Origin: Chiloscyllium plagiosum
Taxonomy: Eukaryota
Assembly (NCBI RefSeq): GCF_004010195.1
Contig: NC_057718.1
Span: forward strand, 50,439,380-50,503,379
DNA length: 64,000 bases
Reading direction: 5' to 3'
Part shown: positions 38,005 through 50,565 of the stretch, one piece after another
Layout of the letters: every line of letters starts with the position of its first letter
How positions within the stretch are numbered: position 1 is the stretch's first letter
Translations under genes and position numbers: made by a program
Notes under the pieces: model-generated
The model's database searches: none
What the model was told of the DNA's origin: nothing
The model's input: the letters and a program-made list of their open reading frames with translations, nothing else

Positions 38005-40170
38005 ACACGAGCAAAACTTGAATCAATGGGGATCAAGGGGAAAACTCTTTGCTGGCTGGAGTTATACCCAGCATATAGGAAGATGGTTGTCATTGTCAGA
38101 GGTCAATCATCTCAGCTTCAGGACATCTCTGCTGGAGTGCCTCAACAGTGTCCGAGGCCCAACAATTTTCAGCTGCTTCATCAATAGTCTTCTATCCATC
38201 ATAAAAAGTTTGCCAATGATTGCACGATGTTCAGCACTATTCACAACTCCTCAGATACTGAAACAATCAATGTTCAAAAGCATCCAGGTCTGGACAATGT
38301 CAGAGCTACACAAATTGCAATGGGTTACCACTGGGTTACCTACACAGGCACTGTGCCCCAACTCTTCCGCTGTTACATCAATGAATGCATCGGTGCAGGC
38401 TGAACTGGAGCACTTCATCGACTTCGTTAGCAACTTTCACCATGCCCTTAAATTCACTTGGTCCATCTTGGACACCTCCCTCCCCTTTCTTGACCTCTTT
38501 GTTTCCATCTCTGGCAACAGTCTATAGACTATAAACTCACAGACTCCCATAACTACCTCCTCCCACCCAGTATCCTGCAAGAACTCCATCCCATTTTCCC
38601 AATTCCTCCACCTCCATCTCATCTGCTCGGACAAGGAGACATTCCACTCTCAAGCATCCCACCTATTTTAGACAACATGCTTTCCCCTCCTCTGTCATCC
38701 CTCCACTGCGCTTCCTCCATTCACTGCTCCATTGCTCTAATTCCTCCCCTCTGTCTTCATAATGTAATTAAAAACAGTGACCTCCTTGTCCTCACCGTCC
38801 AATCTGCTAGTCTCTATATCCCACGTATCATCCTTAAACACTTCTACCAACTCTAATTAGACCCCACCACCAAGAAGCTCTTCTCGTCCCCACCCCTCTC
38901 AGCCTTCCACAAGGACTGTTCCCTTCGCCAAATCTGGCTTTGCGCTACTCTTCCCACCAACTCACCCCCGAACCCCCTGTACCTTCCCTTGCAACAAGAA
39001 AAAATGCAAAACCTGCTGGCACACCACATCCCTCACCTCTATCCAGGGCCACATACAATCCTTGCAGGTGAGACAGAGGTTCACCTGCCTCTCTGCCAAA
39101 CTAATCAACTGTATCCGGTGCTTCCGATGTGGTCTTCCCTACATCGGGGAGACCAAACGTAAACTCAGCACATCATACCGAGCATTTCAGCTGGGCCCAC
39201 AGGGGCCAACCTGACCCCACAATTACCATCCATTTTGATTCCCCTTCCCACTCCCTTTCCAAAATGACCATCCTTGGTTTCCAACATTGTTACAGTGAAT
39301 GAGAGCAGAAGTAGAGGAATAACACCTCATCTTCTGTCTGGACAGCCTACAGCCCGGAGGACTCAATGTTAATTTCTCCAATTTCAAATAATCTCCCTTC
39401 CCATCCCTTGACCCTAACACCCCCTCCCCCATTCCTTCCTTTATCTGCAGCTCCCCTTACCCCCACCCCCAGTCCTGAAGAAGAATTATACCCAAAACGT
39501 TGACTTCTCAACCTCTTGATGCTGCCTGGCTTGCTGTGTTCTTCCAGCCTTCTATTTGTTTACCTTGAATTCGAGCATCTGCTATTTATTGTCTCTAATG
39601 GGTTACTATCGACAACAAACTCAACGGGAGCCATTATATAAATACTCTGGTTGTAACAGCTGTTCAGAGGCTAAGCATTCTGCAGCAAATAATCGCCTCT
39701 CATTACAAAATGCCTGTCCAATATCTACAAGACACAAGTCATGAGTGTAATTGAATATCTTCACTTATTTGGATGAGAACAATTTCAATACCACTCAAGA
39801 TGCTTGACACCATCTGCAGCAAAGCAGACTACTGTATTTGATTGGCACCACATCCACAAGCATCCACTCCCTCCAAGATCCAAACTCACAACAACTTCCA
39901 TCTAGAAGGAAAAAGGCAGTAAATATTTGGGGACATCACCTTCAAGTTCCCCTCCAAGCCACTCACCATCATGACTTTGAAATATATCATTGTTCCTTCA
40001 CTTTCATTTGGAAGTCTCTCCTCAGGGCATTGTGGGTCTACCTACAGTGAATGGACTGCAGTAGTTCAAGAAAATAACTCACTACCACCTTCTCAAAGAC
40101 AGCCAGGAATGGACAAAAGTGCTTGACAGTGAGCGATGCCCACTTGCCACATGTGAATGAATAAAAATGA
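38005..40170 (+). mobile_element. LINE family B RT and 3' end, split by a PLE (38330-39590)
   Basis: GPTIFSCFIN at about 38160; 3' end GAATGAATAAAA at about 40160. Confidence 0.75.
38330..39590 (+). mobile_element. 5'-truncated PLE (family C): RT C-terminus, GIY-YIG and terminal repeat
   Basis: FHHALKFTWS..LPFLD, CKTC, CI.C..CGL.YIGETKR; decayed hammerhead AGTC-CTGAAGA...AAAACGTT-GACT at 39471-39505. Confidence 0.85.
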
Positions 40171-40419
40171 AGAAAGGATGAATAGCAGTAGTGTTTCACC
40201 TCAGCCACCCAGAGCCCAAAACACTGGTCTTTATTTATCTCCACGTGAGTGCATTTTATTTTAGAGGAAAACATTAAAATATGCAGCAATTACCATAATT
40301 TTATATTGTAATTACCATCATCAAATCAAATTGATGGTAAAATATAGCCAGTAATGATAGTTGAGAGATTGCAAAATAAAAGGTTGAAAATATATTGACA
40401 TGCTTCCAAGAAGATTTTC

Positions 40420-40960
40420 TTATACTAAAAGGATTTATGTTTATAAATTGCTTTCACAATTTTTGGAATGGGAAAAGGTGCTTATATCCAATTAAGTACT
40501 CTGAAAATATTCACATTGTTAGAATGTAAAAATAAAGCAGACAAGTAGCAATGAGCTAAAAATCTTTCTTTTTAAATATTGGTTGAGGAATAAATATGGT
40601 CAGTCACCAGGAAGAATCTACTTGCTCATCTTTGGAATAGTGCCATGAGATATTTTGTGCAAGACTGACATAGAGAGATTTTTAGTCTTTCAGGGAATTA
40701 AGAGATATGGGAAGAGTGGAGTTGAAGAGCATGATCAATCTCATTGAATAACATAGTAGGCTTAACAGACCATCTGGTCTACTGCAGTTCCTATTCCTTA
40801 CGTCAGAATCTCAACCAGGAGGAGAGACTAGGCCTTTGTTTAACTTCTCAACTCAAAGGCAGTGCAGCCTTTCCTTAGTGTAGCACTGGAGAAGCAGCAA
40901 GAAATATTGTTGTATGTCTCTGCTTCAAAGACAAGAGCAGGTATAACCTACAAACCAAGG
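40420..40960 (-). mobile_element. DeuSINE (SacSINE1-like), interrupted by a CR1 tail fragment at about 40665-40805
   Basis: TGGTTGAGGAATAAATATGGTCAGTCACCAGG..GAATAGTGCCATGAGAT matches the reverse complement of the Deu core as I recall it. Confidence 0.65.
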
Positions 40961-41470
40961 TGATAGGAACCATCTACAAATCAATTTTTAAGAAATCAAA
41001 GCACAATGTCACCATCAAAAACTATTCCTTTCAACTCAATTAAAATACAGCTTTGATTCACCTAACAATCTGTGCACGTCAAAAAGCCTCACAATTAATT
41101 GACCTTAAGCTGATTTCAGATGTCAAGCATTCATTAAAGATAGTATGATAATTAAAGACATGCTTATCAATTATTTTTACTTTAATTGAGGCTCAAGTTA
41201 TAACATTATGCAGTTTACCCAAACACAAGTACAGGAGCAGTGTACTTGGCAAATTGAGCCAGTTCTGCCAGTTTGTGACTGATCTATTTCTTAACCCCAT
41301 TTAATGCACATTTAATCCTTTTTTTTGTCTCTTACTAAATAAAAATCTACAAATCTCTGTTTTGAAGTGTCCCATATTATATATATATATATATATACAC
41401 ACCTACTTAAAGGATAGTTTCCACAATCGCTTGAACAAACAGCAGTTATTGCTTATTTGACCTTGAGAGT

Positions 41471-41679
41471 CAAAAAGTGTGGTGCTGGAAAAGCACAGCA
41501 GATCAGGCAGCATCTCAGGAGCAGGAGAATCAACATTTCAGGCACAAGCCCTTCCTGATGAAGGGCTTATGCTGGAAATATCAATTCTCCTGCTACTTGG
41601 ATGCTGTCTGACCTGCTGTGCTTTCCTAGCGCCACACTTTTCCACTCTGATCTTCAGCATTATAGTCCTCACTTTCCCC
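41471..41679. mobile_element. Palindromic mini-PLE (family A)
   Basis: TSD TATTTGACCTTGAGAGT at 41454-41470 and 41680-41696 (partly microhomologous to the element end). Confidence 0.9.
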
Positions 41680-41757
41680 TATTTGACCTTGAGAGTAAGG
41701 TGGAAGCTGCCTTATTGAACTGCAGCATTCATGGGGTTAGGAATGCTCACACTTTTA

Positions 41758-41972
41758 TTAGATTAGATTAGATTAGATTACTTACAGTGTGGAAACAGGC
41801 CCTTCGGCCCAACAAGTCCACACCGACCCACCGAAGCGCAACCCACCCATACCCCTACATTTACCCCTTACCTAACACTACGGGCAATTTAGCATGGCCA
41901 ATTCACCTGACCTGCACATCTTTGGACTGTGGGAGGAAACTGGAGCACCTGGAGGAAACCCACGCAGACACA
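41758..41972 (-). mobile_element. 5'-truncated HE1 SINE
   Basis: (GATTA)n tail and HE1 3' half. Confidence 0.9.
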
Positions 41973-41974
41973 AG

Positions 41975-42970
41975 AAAGGGAATTCCGGGACTTAGACACA
42001 GCGACACTGAAGGAAAGCTGATATTGGTCCAAGTCAGGATGGTATGTTATTTGGAGGGGAACTTTCAGGACGTAGTGCTCCTATGCATTTGCTGTCCAAG
42101 TCCTTTCACGTAATAGAGCTTGTGTGTTTGAAAGATGCAGTCGAAGGAGCCTTGATGAATTCTGCAGTGCATCATGTGAATGTTACCTAATGCTGCTATT
42201 GTGTATTGCTTGATGTGGAGAATGTGAATGTTAAAGTGAATTGGGGGAGTGATGAAGTTGAAAGGAATCAGCCAGGTTGCTTTATCCTGGATGATGTAGA
42301 GCTTCTTGGATATGGTACTCTTGCAGGCAAAAATAGAGTATTTCAAAATCTTGTCCCTTGTAGATGTAGACAGGTTTTGAGGAGTCAGGAGATAAGTTAC
42401 TCACTCCCAAATTTCGTGCCTCTGACCTGCTATTTATATGGCTGGTCTAGCTCAGTTTCTAGTCAACTGTACAGCCCTAGGATGTTGACAGTAAGGGATT
42501 CAGAAATGGTCAAGCTCTTAAATGTCAAAGGATGATGTCCTAATTCTCTGCATGGATCATTGCCTCATACTTATGCATCATAAATATTGCCTGCTATTTA
42601 TTAATCCAAACTTGCATGTTGCCCAGGTCTTGCTGCAGATGGATACCAGCCGCTTAATATCAGAGGTACTGTGAATGGCGGTGAATGTGCAAGCATCAGT
42701 GAACCTCCTGACTACTGACATTATGGTGGATGAAAGGCCACTGGCGGAGCAGTTGAAAATGTTTGAGCCGACTTACAACACTAACGTGAGGAATTTTTGT
42801 GACTGAAATTATTTACCTCCAGTCACCATTGTCCTTTGTGCTAGGTTTGCGACTAACCAGTGGAGAGATTCCACCTCCATTCTCATTAAATCCAGTTTTA
42901 CCAAGGCACCTCAATGCCACACTCAGTTAAAGGGTGGCTTGTTTTCAAGGGCAGTCACTCTCACTTCATT
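41975..42970 (-). mobile_element. LINE family B, decayed
   Basis: Reverse homology to 11272-12500 and 19000-19880. Confidence 0.7.
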
Positions 42971-43029
42971 GGTCTAAATTATTTTTTTGTGGGGCAGGGC
43001 AGAATCTTGAATTTGTCCTACCCGTTATC

Positions 43030-44400
43030 TGAAGAAGTGCTTTGTGATATCACCCCTGAATAGCCTAACTCTAATTTTAACTTTATGCCTCCTTATTCTT
43101 GATCCAGCCACCAGGGAAACACTGTTCTCTTTACCTACTCTCTCAAATTCTTCAATCATCAATCCTTTTAATTGTCATAGCATCCTTTAGTTTTCGGTAC
43201 TCAAGGAAATACAAGTCTATTCCATCCAGCCAGTTTGTTTGATTTAATGATTTTACCCCACGAATTATTTTGGTTAATCTTTGTTGCACTCCCAAGCATG
43301 ATCAATATATCATTCATCAGGCATAGTGCCAGATTGAAAGCAATACTTTACATTGAGTTAAATAGTCCTTTATATAGCTAAGACATAATTTCTAGCTATT
43401 TTTATTTTAGTGTCTTAAGAAAACGATCAGCAATCATTTAACCTTTTAAATTCTTTCTGTATCTGTCCATTAATTTTTGTTGATTTTGTACAGGTACCCC
43501 TTTATCTCTCTGTTCCTCCAAAGTTCTGAGCTTCTCATTAATGAGATGATATTCTGATCTATGTTGCTTAGATTCAAAGGTGATGATCTCATAATTTTCA
43601 AATAGAATTTCATCTGCCGATTTTTTATTCACTAACTTCATACATCAGTACCTCTTTGTGAGTGTTTTTTTTAACCATCTACTTTGCTTAGTTTGCTATC
43701 AATCTTAAGATAATCAACAAATTTAATTATATATTTTCTCCTTACTTCATCAATCTAACTTATAAATATAATGCAAAACTGAGACTAAGAGAGTTTTGGG
43801 GATACCACAGGTCATATTCTGTAAATTGGAATACATACCCAGACCATACCCATACCATTTGGTTTAGCACTATTGCCTCACAGTGATAGGGACCTGGGTT
43901 GAACCCCAGTCTTGAGTGACTGTGTAGAGTTTGCATGTTCTCCCCATGTCTGTGTGGGTTTCCCATTAGGTGCTCTGGTTTTGTTGCACAGTCCAAAGCT
44001 GTGCAGGTTAGATGGATTGGCCATGCTAAACTGCTCCTCTTTGTCTAGGGATGTGCAGGTCAGGTAGATTAGCCATGATAAATGTGGGGTTATGGGAATA
44101 GGGTGGGGTTCTGCCTCTGGCTGGAATGCTCTTCAGCGGGTCAGTGTGGACCTGATGGGCCGAATGGCCTCTTTCCACGCTGTAGGAGTTTCTATGATTC
44201 AACTTATTATCCATATTTACTATTTTCAATCTCCAAACACCAATGCCGTCCCACATTAAGAGATTCCTTCCAATTCAATGTGCTCTTGTTTTTGCTGACT
44301 GTTGAAGTTGATCAAATCTTTTTGAATGTCTTCTGGAAGTCCCGATAAACAACATTCACAGACATACCCTTTCTGCCACATTAATAATCTTCCAAAAGTA
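43030..44400 (-). mobile_element. Old CR1 fragment with an inserted HE1 SINE
   Basis: Minus ORF remnant LRTLEEQRDKGVPVQ. Confidence 0.6.
43860..44200 (+). mobile_element. HE1-type SINE
   Basis: TTAGCACTATTGCCTCACAG head, V-domain and CR1-like tail. Confidence 0.85.
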
Positions 44401-47400
44401 TGACTGTTAGTTTGACATCTCACACATCTATCTTAATACCTACCTTCCCACCTAAGTTGCAAAGTAAGAGATGCTTTTCACTTTCAAATGCCATTATTTA
44501 CTGTAGAATTTTATAGTTTAAGTGCTTTCTTTTCATTGTGTAGTTTGGGCATTTTTTGTCTGTACAAGATTTGCTGGATACAGCTGTTGGTACTTTGTTT
44601 CATATCAATTAAACACAAATTTGTATCAATTTGACTGACTACAGATGGCAGTCATTTTTTACACAATGTAATTTCATGGGAACTTGATGGTACATCCGGT
44701 ACATGTGAAGAAGTTTCTTTTGCCTGAAGCAACTGGAAAACCTCTGTACCATAATCATCTAATAGTGAAGATTTATGTTGAAAACTGGCATTAATATTCT
44801 TGATCTTTGGCTCAGAATTTTTGATTGGTTTTGTCCTACATCAATTGCAGAAGATAGACTTATGTGCACGTGCTTTTATGGACAATTTTCCAATTTGAGC
44901 TGTTCATTGAAACCTTCATCATAGAAAACTGTATGGACCTCCACACAATGGAGGGGAAATGAAAATACTTTGGAGAAGCTGGCAATGCCTTTTTCAAGGC
45001 TGCAGCTGATGGGATCGAGATTTAAACTGTAAGGTATTTCTTGCCATGATTTCCATCACATTTCTCACATTTTACATTGCTTATTTTCTTCTGTTCATTT
45101 AAATATTTAATGTTAACGTTATCGATTAATTTAAATGCAATTACCTTTGATTATTTAATAGCACTATTATTTAATAGTCTTAAGTGTAATAGTTTCTTTC
45201 TCAGTTAACATGCAGTTAACATGCAGTGTTTTGTGGAGATTCTTAAAGAATGACTGTGGGTGAGTGAGGTAATTGGTTGGGGTGTTGGGCTGACGTTAAC
45301 TGGTGTGCAGAAAGTGTGGCATCTGGATAGGCTGCCATCTGGATAGGCTGCCATCTTGGTGGGGTGGTGGTTGGTCGGTGAGGTTGCAGATGTCCCAGCC
45401 TATTGGTCGATAGGGTACTATGTTAGTATGGTGCAGGTGGGAATAATGGTAGTAGGAAGCTGGGTCAAGTGATTGGCTGGGAAGATGGGACGCCTGAGTG
45501 AGGTGGGAGTCAGGTTAGGTCAGGATTGAGACAGGTAGAAAACTTGACTCAGATTAGGTCAAGGGAGAGTTGGGAAGTTGGGAATGGTAGTCAGTTGGAG
45601 AGATCAGATTGAGCCGAGTTGGTGCTGGGAGGAATGGATCAGAGATTCGGGTCATGGGGGATGTTGTAACAAAACTACTATGTAAAACCAACCCAAAAGC
45701 TGTTGCTAGGCAGTTTCTTTTTGTGCCAATCCAAAAACACATACAGCAACACAAACAGAAATTGCAGGAGAAATGCAGTTGGTCTGGCAGTATCTGTGGA
45801 AAGAAAACAGAGTCAACATTTCAGGTCTGGTGAACCTTCTTCAGCACATACAACAAACCCCTATTTACAATAACAATTGAGCCCAAGTTTCATGTCTGTA
45901 CGTTTCTGATCCATTCACATTTTGTGATGGTGACTTTGTCTAAAGGTCCATTGATGGCCACAACCATCTGTGTTATCATTTCTCATCTCTGTTTGCATTG
46001 TTATGTTTTTCTTTCATGGACAGTTGCTGTTTCAGAATTCACTTATTTTGCCTCACTACAGTGATATTTTGTTCCAGATTAACCACTGACTGATCTTGTT
46101 CCTCAAGCTGTTTTGTGTGGTTTATATCTTCTTGGCATTTACCGTTTTGCTCCTTAAATGCTTCCAGCGTATTTTGACACTGGACACTGTGGATTCTTCA
46201 AATCCTATCGACAATTTAGCCTTCTGCTGGCCTAGTTTATTTCCTCTTTAATAACCTGCTGTGCTGAATTTCTCAGCTCTCCTACTTTCCTCTTCTTATT
46301 TCATTTTCTTTGAAGCCAATTCCTCTTCCACTTGCTGCTTCAGTAGTCATTTGATTTCGGTTATGCCCTGCTTGAATTCTTTTGCTAGCACCTCATTGCC
46401 TGTTTTTATTTTGATCGGATTATCTCGTGAGTGATTTGCTGTTCTTTGTCTCCTGCACTGTGCCTCACCAGCTGTATTTACTAGTTTGCCAATTTCTTCA
46501 GCACTGCTTTGAGCTTAAAGTGCTGTTTCTGTAGCTGCTTTGCTGAGTCTGATCCGTTTACATGCAAGTTGGTTAAGGTCTTCCTGTAAACTAACAATTG
46601 TTCATTAGTTTATTAGTGCAGAGTTCATCCTGCTTTATTTCATTCTCTTACATAACTTCATTCATGAGCAGAGGTATCCCTTAAAGATGCTCTAATTTCC
46701 AAGGTGGCATTCTCAAATCTGGATTTCTCTTCCACACTGCCATCTTTCAACCCACAGCATAGATCTGATATTTCAACTCAACTTGTTCAGAAAAAAGTGG
46801 TGAACCATCCTTCTTTCATATTCAGTTCTGTAAGCATTTCTTGAATAGTTTGCCAGACTTACCATTGTGTCTATAATGTTTAATTGATTCCATAGATTCT
46901 GACTAGTCTGAGGTCACAGCATGTTGGTATATCTGCAATTAATCATTCTTCAATGTCTGTGATGTTTAATATCTGTAATGTCCTGGCAATTGTTTGTTCG
47001 TGCACTCCACTACTGCTTCTGTGCCTGGAATTGGTGAATTGTTGAGTGCTGAAACTTACACCTTTGCCCCTAGCTTTCTTGGTCCATGGCTATGAGTTCT
47101 TGTAGAATTCACAGAAGCAGTATATCAGCAATTGCCACTGTGTCAATCTTAGTCAATAGGGAATAGTCACCAATTTTCTGAAGACAAATAATTTTATGTT
47201 TTGCAAAAGTTTTGGGCAATGTAATGACGTTGATGTTCTCCTCCTCATTTACAATGTGAAACTTGAGTTCTCCATTTTTTGATTCATCATAAGATCATAA
47301 GAAAATAAGATATAGGAGCAGAACTGGACCATTCAACCCATTGAGTCTGCTCCACAATTTGACCATTGCTGATGGGTTTCTCAACCTTATTCTCTTGCTT

Positions 47401-47439
47401 TCTCCCTGTAACCCTTAATGCTGGTAATGCTCTCCCATA

Positions 47440-47735
47440 ACCTTCTCCATCAGGCAGAAGATACTGAAGCTTGGACACACCCACCAACAAGTTCAAGAAC
47501 AGTTTCTTCCTGACCATTGTTCGACTGATGAAGGGACTTTCTAACTTCAAATAATGTTGATCTTGTTAATGTTGATGTTGTTTCACACATGTCCTGCGCA
47601 ATGTAATCTATTTGCCTCACTCTGTCTAAGTTTTCTTCACCATATGATTTGTATGTCCTTGCTTTCTATGATTTGCCTGTACTTCTCAGAAACAAAGCTT
47701 TTCACTGTACTTAAGGACAATAAAGCAAATCAAAT
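47440..47735 (+). mobile_element. Rex1/Babar-type LINE 3' end
   Basis: PSGRRY..TNKFKNSFF remnant, 3' UTR and AATCAAATC tail. Confidence 0.75.
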
Positions 47736-47739
47736 CCCC

Positions 47740-49025
47740 TAACTAATCAACAGCCAATCTACCTCTGGCTTAAAGACACTAACAGCCTTCTGGGGTATTG
47801 AGTTCCTCAGATTCACCACACACTAATCAGAGAAATTCCTCCTCATTTCATTTCAAATGGGCCATCACTAGATTCTGAGGCTGTGTCCTCTGGTCCAAGC
47901 CTCTCTTACTCTAGCCAGGCCTCTCACTATTCTGTCCATTTCTATGATCTCTTTTCATCCTTCTAAACTCCACTGAGTACTGACTCAGAGACTCAACTGC
48001 TCCTCATCTGACAACCCCTTCATTCCCAGAACCATTCATGAATTTCCTCTGGATCCTCTCCAAGGGCAGCACATTCGTCCTTACATACCGAGCTCAAAAC
48101 TACTCACAATAATCCAAATATGGTCTGTATCACCTTAGCAGTAAATCCCTGCTCTTATATTCCAGTCCTCTCAAAATGAATGCTAACATTGTATTTTCCT
48201 TCCAAACTTCCAACTGAACCTGCATGTTAACCTCAAGAAAATCCTGGGAGAAAGTGAAGACTGCAGATGCTGGAGATCAGAGCTTAGAATCATGTGGTAC
48301 TGCAATCTGGAGCCATTACTGAGGAGAAGTCAGCATTCTTCTACTGGGGAAACTGGAGTGAGTTCAAATGCAAAAGTAGGCTGTTGAGTGTGAGTATTAA
48401 AAATGTGTTGCTGGAAAAACGCAGCAGGTCAGGCAGCATCAAAGGAACAGGAGAATCGATGTTTCGGGACGATTCCTGAAGAAGGGCTTATGCCCGAAAC
48501 GTTGATTCTCCTGTTCCTTTGATGCTGCCTGACCTGCTGCGCTTTTCCAGCAACACATTTTTAAGCTCAAGAGAATCCTGAACTAGGGCTCCCACATCCC
48601 TTTGTGTTTCTGATTTCTGAAGCCTTTCCCCATTTAGAAACTAATCTATGCCTGTTTTCTTCCTACTGACGTGCATAACATTATACTTCCGCACATTGGT
48701 TTCCATTGCCACTTCCTATGTTGTTGGCCCAACATGGTCCACCACAATTGGATTCTCCCCTTCCCGCTCCAATATCCTTTCAAGCTGGTTTGAGATGTCC
48801 CTTACCTTGGCATGAGGCAGGCAACACAACGTATGGGACTCTCGATCCTTACAGACAGGATTTCATCTGTACCTCTAATTATAAAATCCCTTACCACTAC
48901 GACTTTTTTTTGTTCCTCTGCTTGAATGGCTTCATTGACCACTGTGCAGTGGTCAGTTTGACCATTCTCCCCACAGTCTGTTTCCTCATCCCTATCGGGA
49001 GCAAACTACCTCATACCTGTTGGAC
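47740..49025 (-). mobile_element. CR1 fragments (ORF2 3' part and an ORF1 piece)
   Basis: Similarity to 7860-8000 and to the CR1 esterase region (CCLPHA). Confidence 0.7.
48247..48565. mobile_element. Palindromic mini-PLE (family A) with a 106-bp internal insert
   Basis: TSD CTCAAGA(A/G)AATCCTG at 48232-48246 and 48566-48580. Confidence 0.9.
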
Positions 49026-49415
49026 AATTATGTGCAACATATGATTCTGATTTATTAAATTACTTCATGCATTCACCTCTGCTGGGAGACTACATCATCT
49101 AATTTGCAGTTTGAAGATATCCATTGAGTGTGGTCTGATTGGGTTAATGTATGCCTCTTGTACCTGCATCAACCTCTGTTCTCATACAATACCTTTGCCA
49201 TTGGTTGTTTTTGCTACAATGCCTTACAAAATTATTTGAAAGCTAGACATTTCCTTGGTGTATGTAAAAAACCACATTTTCCATGTCTCTTTCTGTGTTT
49301 GGGTGTTCTTGTGATAGTGTCAACCATCAAGTTTGCACTTACAACTTGTAGGTTTTGTCAACCTGCAAGATCACTTTGTACTGACGTCCGTCATGTAATA
49401 GCCTTTTGATGCTAT

Positions 49416-49548
49416 GGAGAAAGTGAGGACTGCAGATGCTGGAGATCAGAGCTTAAAAATGTGTTGCTGGAAAAGCGCAGCAGGTCAGGCAGCATCCAAG
49501 GAGAAGGACAATCAACGTTTCGGGCATAAGCCCTTCTTCAGGAAGGGC
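49416..49548 (-). mobile_element. PLE terminal repeat (family A), single arm
   Basis: Near-consensus arm; flanking TTTGATGCTATG is repeated downstream. Confidence 0.85.
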
Positions 49549-50459
49549 TATGTCTTGATGCAATGGCTTTGATGCTATGTCTTGGATTTGTCTAGTAAAT
49601 ATGTCTGGAAGCCTTCCATGGGGATGGTGCATTCACCAACTCAAAAATATTGTTTGCAAGCTCCCCATTTTAAAGATCACATAATGAGTCCAGTCTACTG
49701 CATCTGCTGGCAACGCAGTCTATGAATTCTGTAGGCATTTTGTCTAAATGACATAAATACTAGTCAATTAATATAGAACTTTAATCTAATTCTGAAATGA
49801 TCTTTTAATGTAGTTTATATCATTCAGGGATGTTTTACCTCTTCAGCTATTAATTTTTATGTGTTCAGTCTGTGCAGATCTTTATTCCCAAATCTTAAAT
49901 AAATCTTATTGGCTTGGTTTTCTGTATCAGATACACCCATACATAAAACAATAACTCTGAACACATTTTAAACTTTTTAATTTCTGTAAGGAAGTCTGTT
50001 TTGTCACAACTTAAATTAGGAAATTTTGTGGGCATTTTGAAAGCATGCTTTTGACTTTTCCATTTTTATCATCCCAGCTGATGTTAGTCATGGAAAGTCA
50101 GATACCTGACAGAAACCTAAATTGATAGATCAGGTTTTGACTCATTTTGCTTTTAATGAAGTGATATCTTTCGACAATTTAAGTTTGCAATGTCACAGAA
50201 TCTGTTTAAACAATAAAACAGAAGTTAAATAACAAAAGTAATGAAGATTAAAAAAAGTCTAAACTATCTAATTCTGATACAAATTCAAAAAGTTTTAAAT
50301 ATGCAGTAAGCATTAAAGCTCATTAATATCAAAATACTCCTTTATAAATTTAAAAAAGGCACAGGTTCTGTATTGTATACTCAAAGCACACCCCAGTACA
50401 TATTCAAAATCTAATGCATACAATATGTTCCAAAGTCTTTGGATCAAACACAGGTTTAA

Positions 50460-50565
50460 GTCAGTTCTGAAGAAGGGCCATTGGACCCAAGATGCTAACT
50501 CTGCTATCTCTTCACAGATGCAGCCAGGCAGCTATATCTTTCCAGCAATGTCTGTTTTTGTTACA
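50460..50565 (+). mobile_element. Old PLE terminal-repeat relic with a decayed hammerhead motif
   Basis: AGTT-CTGAAGA-A-GGGCC-ATT-GGACCC-AAGATGCT-AACT; related relics at 45745-45845 (-), 34850-34940 (-) and 25945-26070. Confidence 0.55.

Noticed and set aside
38018..38527. 169-aa ORF
   Set aside because: Chance read-through chimera of a LINE fragment and an inserted PLE
45318..45357. Short tandem duplication (CATCTGGATAGGCTGC x2); also the (AT)n run near 41374-41398
   Set aside because: Ordinary slippage or local duplication
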